Source of the DNA: an uncultured Bacteroidota bacterium | GTDB lineage: Bacteria > Bacteroidota > Ignavibacteria > UBA10030 > UBA6906 | Assembly: GCA_963700635.1 (NCBI GenBank) | Contig: CAVOYH010000002.1 | Coordinates: forward strand, 64,001 to 128,000 | Length of the DNA stretch: 64,000 bases | Direction of reading: 5' to 3' | In this document: piece by piece, positions 9,602 through 18,421 of the stretch | Layout: the number at the start of each line of letters is the position of its first letter | Numbering within the stretch: position 1 is the first letter of the stretch | The notes under the pieces: model-generated | The model's input: only the letters and a program-made list of their open reading frames with translations | Told to the model about the DNA's origin: nothing | Database searches by the model: none | Translations under genes and position numbers: made by a program

Positions 9602-12052
9602 ATGATCCACGATCTCGATCTTATCCAGCGGGTGTACGCCCGCACGCCGGGCCGGATCCGGGTTGCAAGAAAAATCATCGGTCGACCGCTGACCCTCACC
9701 GAAAAGATCCTCTTTGCCCACTACTGGCGGCCGGTCAAAAGTCCGGCTGAACGGGGAGTATCGTACGTGGAATTTGCCCCGGATCGTGTGGCAATGCAGG
9801 ACGCGACGGCGCAGATGGCCCTTCTGCAATTTATGTCCGCCGGGATCCCTACGGTGGCAGTCCCTTCAACGGTGCACTGTGATCACCTGATCCAGGCACA
9901 GGTCGGGGCGGATGCAGATCTGGAGCAGGCCCACCACGATAACGCGGAGGTGTATCATTTTCTGGGCGGTGTCTCCGCCAAGCACGGTATCGGGTTCTGG
10001 AAACCGGGGTCGGGGATCATCCATCAGGTTGTCCTGGAGAACTACGCATTTCCCGGTGGGATGATGATCGGGACAGATTCGCACACGCCAAACGCTGGCG
10101 GGCTTGGCATGCTTGCCATCGGAGTCGGGGGCGCCGATGCGGTGGATGTCATGGCGGGAATGCCCTGGGAATTGAAGTTCCCGAAAGTCATCGGGGTGCA
10201 TCTGACAGGCGAGCTGCACGGTTGGGCGAGTGCCAAGGATGTGATCCTCAAGCTGGCAGGGATCCTCACGGTCAAAGGGGGAACCGGAGCCATTGTGGAA
10301 TATTTTGGTGAGGGCACACGCTCAATTTCGGCCACCGGGAAGGGGACGATCTGTAACATGGGGGCGGAAATCGGCGCCACGACTTCCGTGTTCCCCTACG
10401 ATGATCGTATGGCAGCCTATCTCCAGGCCACCGGTCGCGCGAAGGTCGCAGACCTTGCTAACGGTATTGTGGAATTTCTCCGGGCCGATCCTGATACAGC
10501 GGCTTCCCCTTCAAAGTTTTACGATCAGGTCATCGAGATTAATCTTTCCGAACTGGAGCCGATGATCAACGGACCGTTCTCACCGGACCGCGCCTGGAAG
10601 CTTTCGGAGTTTGCGGCGGCAGTCCGGTCCAACAACTATCCCGATGAACTCAGAGTGGCGCTGATCGGAAGCTGCACGAACTCGAGCTATGAAGATATCG
10701 AGCGTGCTACCAGTATTGCACGACAGGCCCTCCGGTACGGATTGAAGGCAAAGTCCGAGTTCACCATTACCCCGGGGTCGGAACAGGTGCGTGCAACGAT
10801 CGAGCGGGATGGCCATCTGAAGGTGTTAACCGATATGGGCGGACGTGTGCTGGCAAATGCATGCGGGCCGTGTATCGGACAATGGAAGCGGCATGATGTG
10901 CAAAAGGGAGATCGTAATTCCATCATTACTTCCTTCAACCGGAACTTTGCCGGACGTAATGATGCCAACCCGGAAACACACGCCTTTGTTGCAAGTCCGG
11001 AGATTGTGACTGCGTTTGCGCTAGCCGGACGGTTAACGTTTAATCCGTCCAGCGACGTGCTTGTGAACCAGCAGGGTGAAACGGTACGGCTGACTCCTCC
11101 CGGCGGGGCGGAACTTCCGCTCAATGGGTTCACGCAGGGTGTTCAGGGGTATGTTCCCCCTGCAAAAAACGGTTCAAAAATCCGCGTAGAAATATCCGGA
11201 TCAAGCGATCGCCTCCAGGTTCTTCTTCCCTTCCCGGCCTGGGACGGTATGGACATCATCGACCTTCCGGTCCTGGTGAAAGCCAGGGGCAAGTGCACGA
11301 CCGATCACATCTCTCCAGCAGGAAAATGGCTTAAGTACAGGGGTCACCTTGACAATATTTCGAACAACATGTTCGTGGGAGCCCTGAATGCTTTTACGGG
11401 CGAGGCAGGCCTTGGGCGTAATGTGTTGACCGGCGAGAAGAAAGAATTCTCAGCGGTTGCACGTGAGTACAAAGTCCGTGGGGTGGGATGGGTTGTGTTC
11501 GGGGATGAGAACTATGGCGAGGGATCCAGCCGCGAACACGCCGCGATGGAGCCTCGCTGGCTCGGGGGCCGGGCGATTATCGTAAAGAGTTTTGCGCGGA
11601 TTCACGAGACCAATCTGAAAAAGCAGGGGATGCTACCGTTGACGTTTGCCCGACCTGCCGACTACGATCTGGTGCGGGAGGATGACCTTGTTTCGATCAT
11701 CGGACTGACCGATCTGAAACCCGCTACTCCGCTGACCCTCGTGCTGAAACACGCCGACGGGACGGCGGATGAATGCCTCCTGAATCATTCGTTCAATAAG
11801 AACCAGATCGAGTGGTTCAGGGCAGGGAGTGCACTGAATCTGATAGCGGCGGGAACAAGCAAGCAGACAAGTGGTACACGCGAGCAAGCGTGCCGCCAGC
11901 ACAAAAAGTGCGAAGCCAAAGCGTCCGAAGCCGAAGGGCAAGAAGCTGGGTGCAAAGAAGCTGGCTGCGAAGAAGTTGGCTGCGAAGAAGCTGGCTGCCA
12001 GGAGACTGACGCCCAAGAAGCGCGGGAGAAAGGGTGTAGGATCGGCAGGTAG
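9602..12052 (+). CDS. acnA: Aconitate hydratase, mitochondrial (Aco2)-type; C-terminus probably continues in the +1 frame to 12260
   Basis: '[18 protein letters not shown]', 'HCDHLIQA', '[10 protein letters not shown]', '[11 protein letters not shown]', 'TTDHISPAG', '[11 protein letters not shown]'. Family similarity ends at GSALNLI (~11845). Start chosen downstream of clpS and the promoter. Confidence 0.95.
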   Translation: MIHDLDLIQRVYARTPGRIRVARKIIGRPLTLTEKILFAHYWRPVKSPAERGVSYVEFAPDRVAMQDATAQMALLQFMSAGIPTVAVPSTVHCDHLIQAQVGADADLEQAHHDNAEVYHFLGGVSAKHGIGFWKPGSGIIHQVVLENYAFPGGMMIGTDSHTPNAGGLGMLAIGVGGADAVDVMAGMPWELKFPKVIGVHLTGELHGWASAKDVILKLAGILTVKGGTGAIVEYFGEGTRSISATGKGTICNMGAEIGATTSVFPYDDRMAAYLQATGRAKVADLANGIVEFLRADPDTAASPSKFYDQVIEINLSELEPMINGPFSPDRAWKLSEFAAAVRSNNYPDELRVALIGSCTNSSYEDIERATSIARQALRYGLKAKSEFTITPGSEQVRATIERDGHLKVLTDMGGRVLANACGPCIGQWKRHDVQKGDRNSIITSFNRNFAGRNDANPETHAFVASPEIVTAFALAGRLTFNPSSDVLVNQQGETVRLTPPGGAELPLNGFTQGVQGYVPPAKNGSKIRVEISGSSDRLQVLLPFPAWDGMDIIDLPVLVKARGKCTTDHISPAGKWLKYRGHLDNISNNMFVGALNAFTGEAGLGRNVLTGEKKEFSAVAREYKVRGVGWVVFGDENYGEGSSREHAAMEPRWLGGRAIIVKSFARIHETNLKKQGMLPLTFARPADYDLVREDDLVSIIGLTDLKPATPLTLVLKHADGTADECLLNHSFNKNQIEWFRAGSALNLIAAGTSKQTSGTREQACRQHKKCEAKASEAEGQEAGCKEAGCEEVGCEEAGCQETDAQEAREKGCRIGR

Positions 12053-12260
12053 GAAAGCGGCACCTGTGAAGAAAAAGGGGATAAAAGCCCCGGGCAAAAG
12101 GAAGGCCGGGAGGGCTTCTACGGTCAAAAGCACGGGCAAGCGTACCGCCAGCAAGCGGACCGCCCGGAAGGGGACCTTCAGGAAGGGCGCATCCGGAAGA
12201 ACTACGGCCAGAAAACCTGCCGTACGACGGCGAAAAAATCCCCGTACACGGAGGAAATAG
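11871..12260 (+). CDS. Histone H1-like Lys/Arg/Ala-rich segment (likely aconitase C-terminal tail)
   Basis: 129 codons with no Asp/Glu and KKLAA repeats. Repeat variation is mostly synonymous in this frame. Fills the gap to the next gene. Confidence 0.75.
   Translation: MVHASKRAASTKSAKPKRPKPKGKKLGAKKLAAKKLAAKKLAARRLTPKKRGRKGVGSAGRKAAPVKKKGIKAPGKRKAGRASTVKSTGKRTASKRTARKGTFRKGASGRTTARKPAVRRRKNPRTRRK
11940..12014 (+). repeat. 15-bp tandem repeat, 4 good copies plus 1 degenerate (AAGAAG[C/T]TGG[G/C]TGCN), encoding KKL(G/A)A
   Basis: Units start at 11940, 11955, 11970 and 11985, with a degenerate unit at 12000. Confidence 0.9.
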
Positions 12261-12329
12261 CGGAACCTGGCGCCCGCATAGTGCGTTATGAGTCTAAGAA
12301 GGCTCTTTTCATAACAACAGGAACGTGCT

Positions 12330-12770
12330 ATGCGCTACGACCCGCAGATGATTCAGCCATACCGGGATGAGTTAACCCGTCTCGGATTCAAAGAACTCCA
12401 GACCGTCGATGACGTTGATCAGTCGCTGCTGTCAGGAAAAGGTACAAATCTGCTGGTGATCAATTCCGTGTGCGGATGTGCCGCAGGCAAGGCCCGACCG
12501 GCCATTGGCATCGCGCTGAAAAATTCTCCGACCCGGCCGGATCACCTTACAACGGTGTTTGCAGGGGGAGATATCGAATCTACAGCGCGGGCGCGCCAAC
12601 ACATGGGGAACATCCCGCCTTCATCCCCGTCCATGGCACTCTGGAAGGATGGGAAACTCGTGGAGTTCATTCCCCGCTATCTTATCGAAAGCCGGGACGC
12701 CGCGACCATCGCAGATCACCTGAAAGAGATTTTCCAGGAGCATTGCAGCACCACCGTCGGGGCAAAGTGA
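12330..12770 (+). CDS. BrxA/BrxB-family bacilliredoxin
   Basis: 'INSVCGCAAGKARPA', 'TVFAG', 'PPSSPSMAL'. Confidence 0.92.
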   Translation: MRYDPQMIQPYRDELTRLGFKELQTVDDVDQSLLSGKGTNLLVINSVCGCAAGKARPAIGIALKNSPTRPDHLTTVFAGGDIESTARARQHMGNIPPSSPSMALWKDGKLVEFIPRYLIESRDAATIADHLKEIFQEHCSTTVGAK

Positions 12771-12807
12771 TAGACGCACTGCCCCTGATGTACCCACCGG
12801 GCTCCGT

Positions 12808-13584
12808 ATGAACCTCGTATCGATTACCGTCTATCCGATCAAAGCCCTTGATCCGGTTCATCTGAATCAGGTGCGTATTACATCGGGCGGCATCCTGGAA
12901 CATGACCGTGTGTGGGCGATACGGGGGCGGGACGGGCGGTACGTTAACGGAAAAACTTTCCCGCGCATTCACCAGCTTCGCACACGGTATATGCTTCCGA
13001 GCGGCTATGTGACGGTGGCCTGTATGGGGGAACCCGACGAATTCACGTACTCACTCGAGAGGGAACAACATATCCTGGGTGACTGGCTGGAGCGGAAGCT
13101 CGAGATCCCAATTGAAATTGTCAACGATGAGGAACATGGTTTTCCCGACGACACCCGCGCCAGCGGGCCTACGGTGGTCAGCAAGGCCACGCTCGAGACA
13201 GTTGCCTCCTGGTTTCGGGGGATGACCGTGGAGGATGTGCACCGCCGCTTCAGGCCGAACCTTGTCATCGCCGGCGTACCTCCGTTCTGGGAAGATCACC
13301 TTTACGCCCGATCAGGCGAGGTGCAATTCCGGGTGGGAGACGTCACCCTGAGCGGAATGAATCCGTGTGCACGATGCGCGGTTCCCACACGTAACCCCGT
13401 AACCGGAAAAGAGAACCGCAGCTTCATGAAGAAATTTATCGAACGCCGGCGGGAGACGTTACCAGCCTGGGCAGAGCGCTCCCGCTTCGACCATTTTTAC
13501 CGGCTTGTCACCAACACGCGCATCGATCCGTCCGAATCGGGGAAGGTTCTCCGGGTCGGCGATCCCGTTGTGTTCCCCGCCTGA
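12808..13584 (+). CDS. MOSC-domain protein
   Basis: 'YPIK', 'HDR', 'RRFRPNL', 'PCARC'. Confidence 0.88.
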   Translation: MNLVSITVYPIKALDPVHLNQVRITSGGILEHDRVWAIRGRDGRYVNGKTFPRIHQLRTRYMLPSGYVTVACMGEPDEFTYSLEREQHILGDWLERKLEIPIEIVNDEEHGFPDDTRASGPTVVSKATLETVASWFRGMTVEDVHRRFRPNLVIAGVPPFWEDHLYARSGEVQFRVGDVTLSGMNPCARCAVPTRNPVTGKENRSFMKKFIERRRETLPAWAERSRFDHFYRLVTNTRIDPSESGKVLRVGDPVVFPA

Positions 13585-13623
13585 ACCCCTTCCGTCAGCG
13601 ATTCAGATCACCTTCCACCCGGT

Positions 13624-15687
13624 TCACTCACCGATACCATATCGTTCAGAGATGTCCAGGGGCGGCATTGGGCCCTGGAGGGGTTTGGCATCACGCACAT
13701 ACCAGTCATACCAGTCCAACGTACGATGCAGCAGATCGATACGCCCCGGTTGTTTCGCATTCCCATGCTGCTCGCCCGGATACTGGACAAGCCTGACTGC
13801 GGGGTGGTTGTTCATCTTCATGATACGATAGAGTTCCAGGCTCTGGGATGGGTGAACCCTGGTATCATCAGCGCCGCCGCATATAAGTGTCGCTGTGGAA
13901 CTCTGTTTGGCCCAGTATATCGGACTTCTTTTCAGACTTAACTCCCACATCTCCTCGAGGGGCTTCCCTGAATGAACATACAGCTCCTCATAGGGGATAT
14001 CGGTAGTTCCACGCCGGCTGATGAGGTCGCTTACCCCCACGAACATGAGTACGGCACGCACGTAGCGCGTGTAGTATGTCGCAAACCATGCAGCGGCATA
14101 TCCTCCGTAGGATCCTCCGCCCAGTCCGACGCGTTCACGGTCGGCAATCCCTTCGGAAACAAGGTAGTCAATCCCGTCGGCGATATCATCGAACTCCTTC
14201 CCTGCGGGATCCCCTAACCCCTGCGCCGCAAATTCCAGGCCGTATCCCGTGCTGGCACGATAGTTCGGATAGAACACGGCGTACCCTCTGGCAGCCAGTA
14301 CCTGACCGGGTTCGCCGTATGAACTGAGCCACCCATGTGAGTAGTGTGCTTCGGGTCCGCCATGAACCACGACAATCAGGGGATACTTTTTCCCTTTTTC
14401 ATAACCAACAGGCGAGAGAAGGAGCCCTTCAATTTCCAATCCATCCCGCGCCTTATACCGGATGACGCTTTGCGTTCCGAGCGTGATGGTGCCGAGTTCC
14501 GGAGACACGGTGGTAAGGCGCTGAACATCTTTTCCGGGAGTCCAGAAAAACAGATCACCCGGACAGGTAGGCGACTGCCCGACAAACGCCCATACGTTAG
14601 GGCCGGGCACCATCGAGGGACTTCCGAATACGATTCCTGACTGCTCCGAGGAAAGGAGTATCTGCCGGCCGGTGCCGTCTGGCTTGACTGTAGAAAGTGT
14701 TGTCCGCACCCCCTCACCCGCACGGTACACCAGGGTGCGGTTGTCACTCCATTCGACCCAGTTGATATGGCCCCGGAAATTCGGGGGTGTTACGTTCAGG
14801 TGGGTGCCACCCCTGAGGTGGACGACAAAGGCCTGGCTTACCGAGTGGTCGGATCGTTGCTTTGCGGCGGCGACGGCCAGAGATGACCCATCAGGGCTAA
14901 ACGCGTACTCGCCCAGCTTCCCGGGGGGCGAAAACACGAGCGTCTTTGTCTTTTCCCGGAGGGAGAGAAGGTAAATCTTCTGAAACATATAACTCTCGTC
15001 GATGCTGTTCTTCGGGGAAACAGCAACCGCAGCACTGTTACCATCCGGCGAGAATTCGAACGACCAGACGTTTTCCTGTGCGGTGAGTTGCCGGGGCTCT
15101 CCTGATCCATCCACGCTGGCAACAAACAGGGTACGTGGGCGAAGGTTCTCCTCGTAGAAAATAAATCCGTACCCTTTACTCTCGAGTTTCCTCTCCCTGG
15201 AAGTCCTGGGCACAAGAGCGAGATATCCCAGCATTGTCCCGGAAGGGTGCCAGCGGAACGAAAGGACGCCTTCCTCTGCCTTTGTCACCTGGACGGCCTC
15301 TCCACCCCCGGCGCTGATCATCCATACCTGCGTCTGGGCTTTCTCACCCCGCTTCATCGTGAAGGCAATGGACAGGCCATCGGGGCTCCAGGCAGGTGCT
15401 CCAACCCGGACTTTCCCCGCTATGAACGACCTTGAGTTTCCCGTGCGCCGGGAGTAAACATGCAGTTCATTATATGATGCTCCCGGATCATCTGCCGGGA
15501 GCCGGGGCACTTCGACTGTGTAGGCGATAGACTCTCCGTCGGGGCTTACTGCAGCTGTTGACACGCGACGAAGGCTCAAAAATGTCTCCGGAGTGAGAAC
15601 ATCCGCAATGGTCAGGGTTGTGCCCATGACGATCAGAATCCCCAGGAAGAATACTATCGTCCGACGGGCTTTGATATATTCAGTCAT
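13624..15687 (-). CDS. S9-family peptidase (prolyl oligopeptidase / acylaminoacyl peptidase)
   Basis: Signal peptide, beta-propeller repeats (SPDG), 'HGGP', 'GGSYGG', 'DTRV', 'EQHG'. Confidence 0.92.
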   Translation of the reverse strand: MTEYIKARRTIVFFLGILIVMGTTLTIADVLTPETFLSLRRVSTAAVSPDGESIAYTVEVPRLPADDPGASYNELHVYSRRTGNSRSFIAGKVRVGAPAWSPDGLSIAFTMKRGEKAQTQVWMISAGGGEAVQVTKAEEGVLSFRWHPSGTMLGYLALVPRTSRERKLESKGYGFIFYEENLRPRTLFVASVDGSGEPRQLTAQENVWSFEFSPDGNSAAVAVSPKNSIDESYMFQKIYLLSLREKTKTLVFSPPGKLGEYAFSPDGSSLAVAAAKQRSDHSVSQAFVVHLRGGTHLNVTPPNFRGHINWVEWSDNRTLVYRAGEGVRTTLSTVKPDGTGRQILLSSEQSGIVFGSPSMVPGPNVWAFVGQSPTCPGDLFFWTPGKDVQRLTTVSPELGTITLGTQSVIRYKARDGLEIEGLLLSPVGYEKGKKYPLIVVVHGGPEAHYSHGWLSSYGEPGQVLAARGYAVFYPNYRASTGYGLEFAAQGLGDPAGKEFDDIADGIDYLVSEGIADRERVGLGGGSYGGYAAAWFATYYTRYVRAVLMFVGVSDLISRRGTTDIPYEELYVHSGKPLEEMWELSLKRSPIYWAKQSSTATLICGGADDTRVHPSQSLELYRIMKMNNHPAVRLVQYPGEQHGNAKQPGRIDLLHRTLDWYDWYVRDAKPLQGPMPPLDISERYGIGE

Positions 15688-15728
15688 AGGTTTTATTCCT
15701 CTTGTATAACTTGTTGTGGTTAAAAGAG

Positions 15729-16733
15729 TTAGCCTGTCTTTGCTGAATTATGGGATAGAGGATATTTTTTGATAAGCCAGTGTGTTACCACCACAACCAG
15801 TGTCGCCAGCACTGTTCTTTCGGCCAAAACAATAAGGAGTGTGTGAGGGTCCTGAATCAGGGTGTTTATGACGTTCTGGACCTCCAGGAGCACCAGGAAC
15901 ACGGCGGTTGCCAGAACCACCCCTAAAACGCGCTTTATGACCGTTCGGGGCAGATCCAGGGCTTTCAGCCGCCCGGATAGTATGTACCCGGTGTTCAGCC
16001 CCAGCAGAACAGCGGACTCCTCGCGTGCTGGTGTGACAAAAATGATGGCTGCAATTGGGAGCACGAACAGATAGACCGTTTCTGCAAAGCTCAAGAAGGG
16101 TGCGTGCTCCCGATACTCCTCGGGTTTGCCGGGACCGATGACCCGGCCACGTTGTAGTGAAGCGACGAAGAGGAGGACAAGCACTCCGAGAAACAAGCCG
16201 CCGAGGACATCCGCCAGAAAGTGCCTGCCGAGATAGATGCGGGAGAGGGGCATCAGGAACACGAGGGCAAGGGTACACCATGCAAGCCAGGAGCGGCGGA
16301 ACAGGAGGGCAAGAGACCCCCATGTTGCGATGGAGGAACTGCAGTGCCCGGAAGGGAATCCGTAGAGCAGATCAGGGACATTCCGGTAATAGGCGACAAC
16401 GTCATCGGGCAGGGGAGCAAGGAACCCCGGGGCGCCCCGCCCGAGAAACGGAGACGGATGTGACCCGGCATTGGTATAGTCAACCACCAGTGAGTCGACA
16501 TCCACCGGGCGCGGCAGGGCAAACGTATCCTTAAGCGCGGCAGTGAGGATTGCTGTCCAGAGAATAATCTGCATCATGATAAATCCCCGATGCCGGTCGA
16601 TGCCGAACAGCAGGACCATGATCAACAGCGTGTAGAACTCTTCTTCGCCGAGCATGCTGACAGCCTGCATTGCGAAACGCAAAAGAGGGGAGTCAAAGGA
16701 TTGGAACCAGCGATGAAGTTCGGTCTGGAACAT
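15729..16733 (-). CDS. PAP2-family membrane phosphatase
   Basis: 'K…PRP', 'FPSGH', 'SRIYLGRHF..DV' motifs. Start at MFQTEL directly after a promoter motif. Confidence 0.88.
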   Translation of the reverse strand: MFQTELHRWFQSFDSPLLRFAMQAVSMLGEEEFYTLLIMVLLFGIDRHRGFIMMQIILWTAILTAALKDTFALPRPVDVDSLVVDYTNAGSHPSPFLGRGAPGFLAPLPDDVVAYYRNVPDLLYGFPSGHCSSSIATWGSLALLFRRSWLAWCTLALVFLMPLSRIYLGRHFLADVLGGLFLGVLVLLFVASLQRGRVIGPGKPEEYREHAPFLSFAETVYLFVLPIAAIIFVTPAREESAVLLGLNTGYILSGRLKALDLPRTVIKRVLGVVLATAVFLVLLEVQNVINTLIQDPHTLLIVLAERTVLATLVVVVTHWLIKKYPLSHNSAKTG

Positions 16734-16738
16734 GCGGT

Positions 16739-16767
16739 AACATACAACTATTCGGGGAATGGTGCAA
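16739..16767 (-). promoter_or_regulatory. Putative promoter for a leaderless PAP2 mRNA
   Basis: TTGCAC-N17-TATGTT, then 5 nt, then ATG. Confidence 0.45.
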
Positions 16768-16860
16768 AAAGGGCAGGTGCAGGAACCATCCGGTCTTGTA
16801 TGTCTACTCTGTTTCTGGTACATTTTGTACCAATCCGTTCACGCACTATCGAGGATAACG

Positions 16861-17604
16861 GTGTTCGCTGCTGTCGTAGGAATGTGCCTGTTGCTCCTGA
16901 CTGATCCCGAAGGCCTTATGATTTCGGGAGACGGTGCCTTCTTCCGGATTGCCTATCCGGAGGCAATCGTCTCCTACGAAGCCGCGTTACATGCGGTGCC
17001 GGACGATCCACGACTCCTCTGGCGTCTGGCGCGTGTGTATGTCTGTATGGCTGAAACAGAAGAAGATGAGTCCGCACGGCACCGTTTGCTGGGGCACGCC
17101 GAAGAGTTTGCCCGCCGATGTATCGCGGCTGACCCATCAGGCGCGGAAGGTCACACATGGCTTGCCGCCGTTCTTGGCTACACCGCGCTGGATGCAGGGA
17201 TGGGCGAACAGGTACGGCTCTCGAAGGAGCTGGTCGAGGAAACGGAAAAAGCAATCACCCTGAATCCCGCAGATGATGCGGCATATTCCATACGGGGGTC
17301 ATTCTACAGGGCGCTGGGAAACGTCGGGTGGCTGAAGCGTCAACTTGCGGCTCTCTTGCTCGGTGAGATTCCAGAGGGTGGATTCCCCGAGGCAGAGCGG
17401 TCTCTTCTTACCGCTATCGCGCTCGCACCGGATATCATGCGGCACCACTATGAGCTGGGGATTCTGTATATGGATTGGGGACGCACTGCAGATGCCCGGC
17501 GGGCGTTGGAGCGTGCGGTGACGCTTCCGATCCGAACCGCCATCGACCGTCCGCGAAAAGAAAAATCATTACGACTTCTCAACACCCTCGCAGACGGAGA
17601 ATGA
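16861..17604 (+). CDS. TPR protein (RMDN-like repeats), probably exported
   Basis: 'LLWRLARVY', 'HTWLAAVLG' helical repeats. Start uncertain (GTG 16861 or ATG 16882). TTGTAT-N17-TACATT at 16796-16824 argues against the 16759 start. Confidence 0.75.
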   Translation: MFAAVVGMCLLLLTDPEGLMISGDGAFFRIAYPEAIVSYEAALHAVPDDPRLLWRLARVYVCMAETEEDESARHRLLGHAEEFARRCIAADPSGAEGHTWLAAVLGYTALDAGMGEQVRLSKELVEETEKAITLNPADDAAYSIRGSFYRALGNVGWLKRQLAALLLGEIPEGGFPEAERSLLTAIALAPDIMRHHYELGILYMDWGRTADARRALERAVTLPIRTAIDRPRKEKSLRLLNTLADGE

Positions 17605-17608
17605 CCCG

Positions 17609-18421
17609 GTGACTGTCCATGATGTACGCAGCATACGCAGCTGGTTCTCTTCGTTTGTGAAGGAGTATGCGCGGGGCGACAACGATGTGCGGCGGAACAT
17701 GCTTCTCAAACAGTCGCATACCAACCGGGTTTGCCGTGAAGCTCTTGCGATCGGGGGTGCGCTCGGACTGACGCCGGACGAGCTGCGAACGATTGAAGTT
17801 ATCGTGCTCCTGCATGATGTGGGTCGATTCGAGCAATATGCGCGTTACCGGACATTTTCCGACGCGCATTCCGAAAACCATGCAAAGCTCACCCTCTCAA
17901 TTCTGCGTACACGGAATGTGCTCGGGCGGTTTGATGCGCACACGCGCAGTCTGATACGGCGCGTGATCGCGTACCATAATCTCCCTCAACTCCCTCCGGG
18001 CATCAAAGACCGCACGGTACTTCTGTTTGGACGGCTCATGCGTGATGCCGACAAACTGGATATCTGGCGGCTGGTGATCAAGTATTATAACGCGGAGCCC
18101 GGTCAGAAGAACCACGCTATCTCTGTCGGGTTATCGGATACGCCGGGGATCACCCGGGAGGTCTATGCTGCCGTACTGTCCGGACGGATCGTCCAAAGCA
18201 AACATCTGAGAAATCTCAACGACTTCAAAGTCTTTCAGATGGGGTGGGTGTACGATGTCAACTTCGTACCCACGTTACGAACGGTGAGACGGAGGAAGTA
18301 TCTGGAGAAACTCCGGGCTGCTCTGCCCGATGTGCCGGAAGCGGATCACGTGTACCACGCCGTAGCGTCCGCCCTTGAGAGCCGCATTACCGCAGAAGGA
18401 TCATCTTCCGTGAAAACATGA
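17609..18421 (+). CDS. HD-domain phosphohydrolase
   Basis: 'HT.RV', 'LLHDVGRF', 'ENHA', 'YHN', 'RDADKLD'. Confidence 0.88.
   Translation: MTVHDVRSIRSWFSSFVKEYARGDNDVRRNMLLKQSHTNRVCREALAIGGALGLTPDELRTIEVIVLLHDVGRFEQYARYRTFSDAHSENHAKLTLSILRTRNVLGRFDAHTRSLIRRVIAYHNLPQLPPGIKDRTVLLFGRLMRDADKLDIWRLVIKYYNAEPGQKNHAISVGLSDTPGITREVYAAVLSGRIVQSKHLRNLNDFKVFQMGWVYDVNFVPTLRTVRRRKYLEKLRAALPDVPEADHVYHAVASALESRITAEGSSSVKT

Noticed and set aside
11940-12014. Possible CRISPR-like array
   Set aside because: Contiguous 15-bp coding repeats with no spacers and no cas genes; no CRISPR array seen anywhere in the window.
11846-12052. Cys-rich in-frame aconitase tail (EAGC repeats) as a metal-binding domain
   Set aside because: It is the shifted reading of the KKLAA repeats; repeat variation is mostly synonymous only in the +1 frame.
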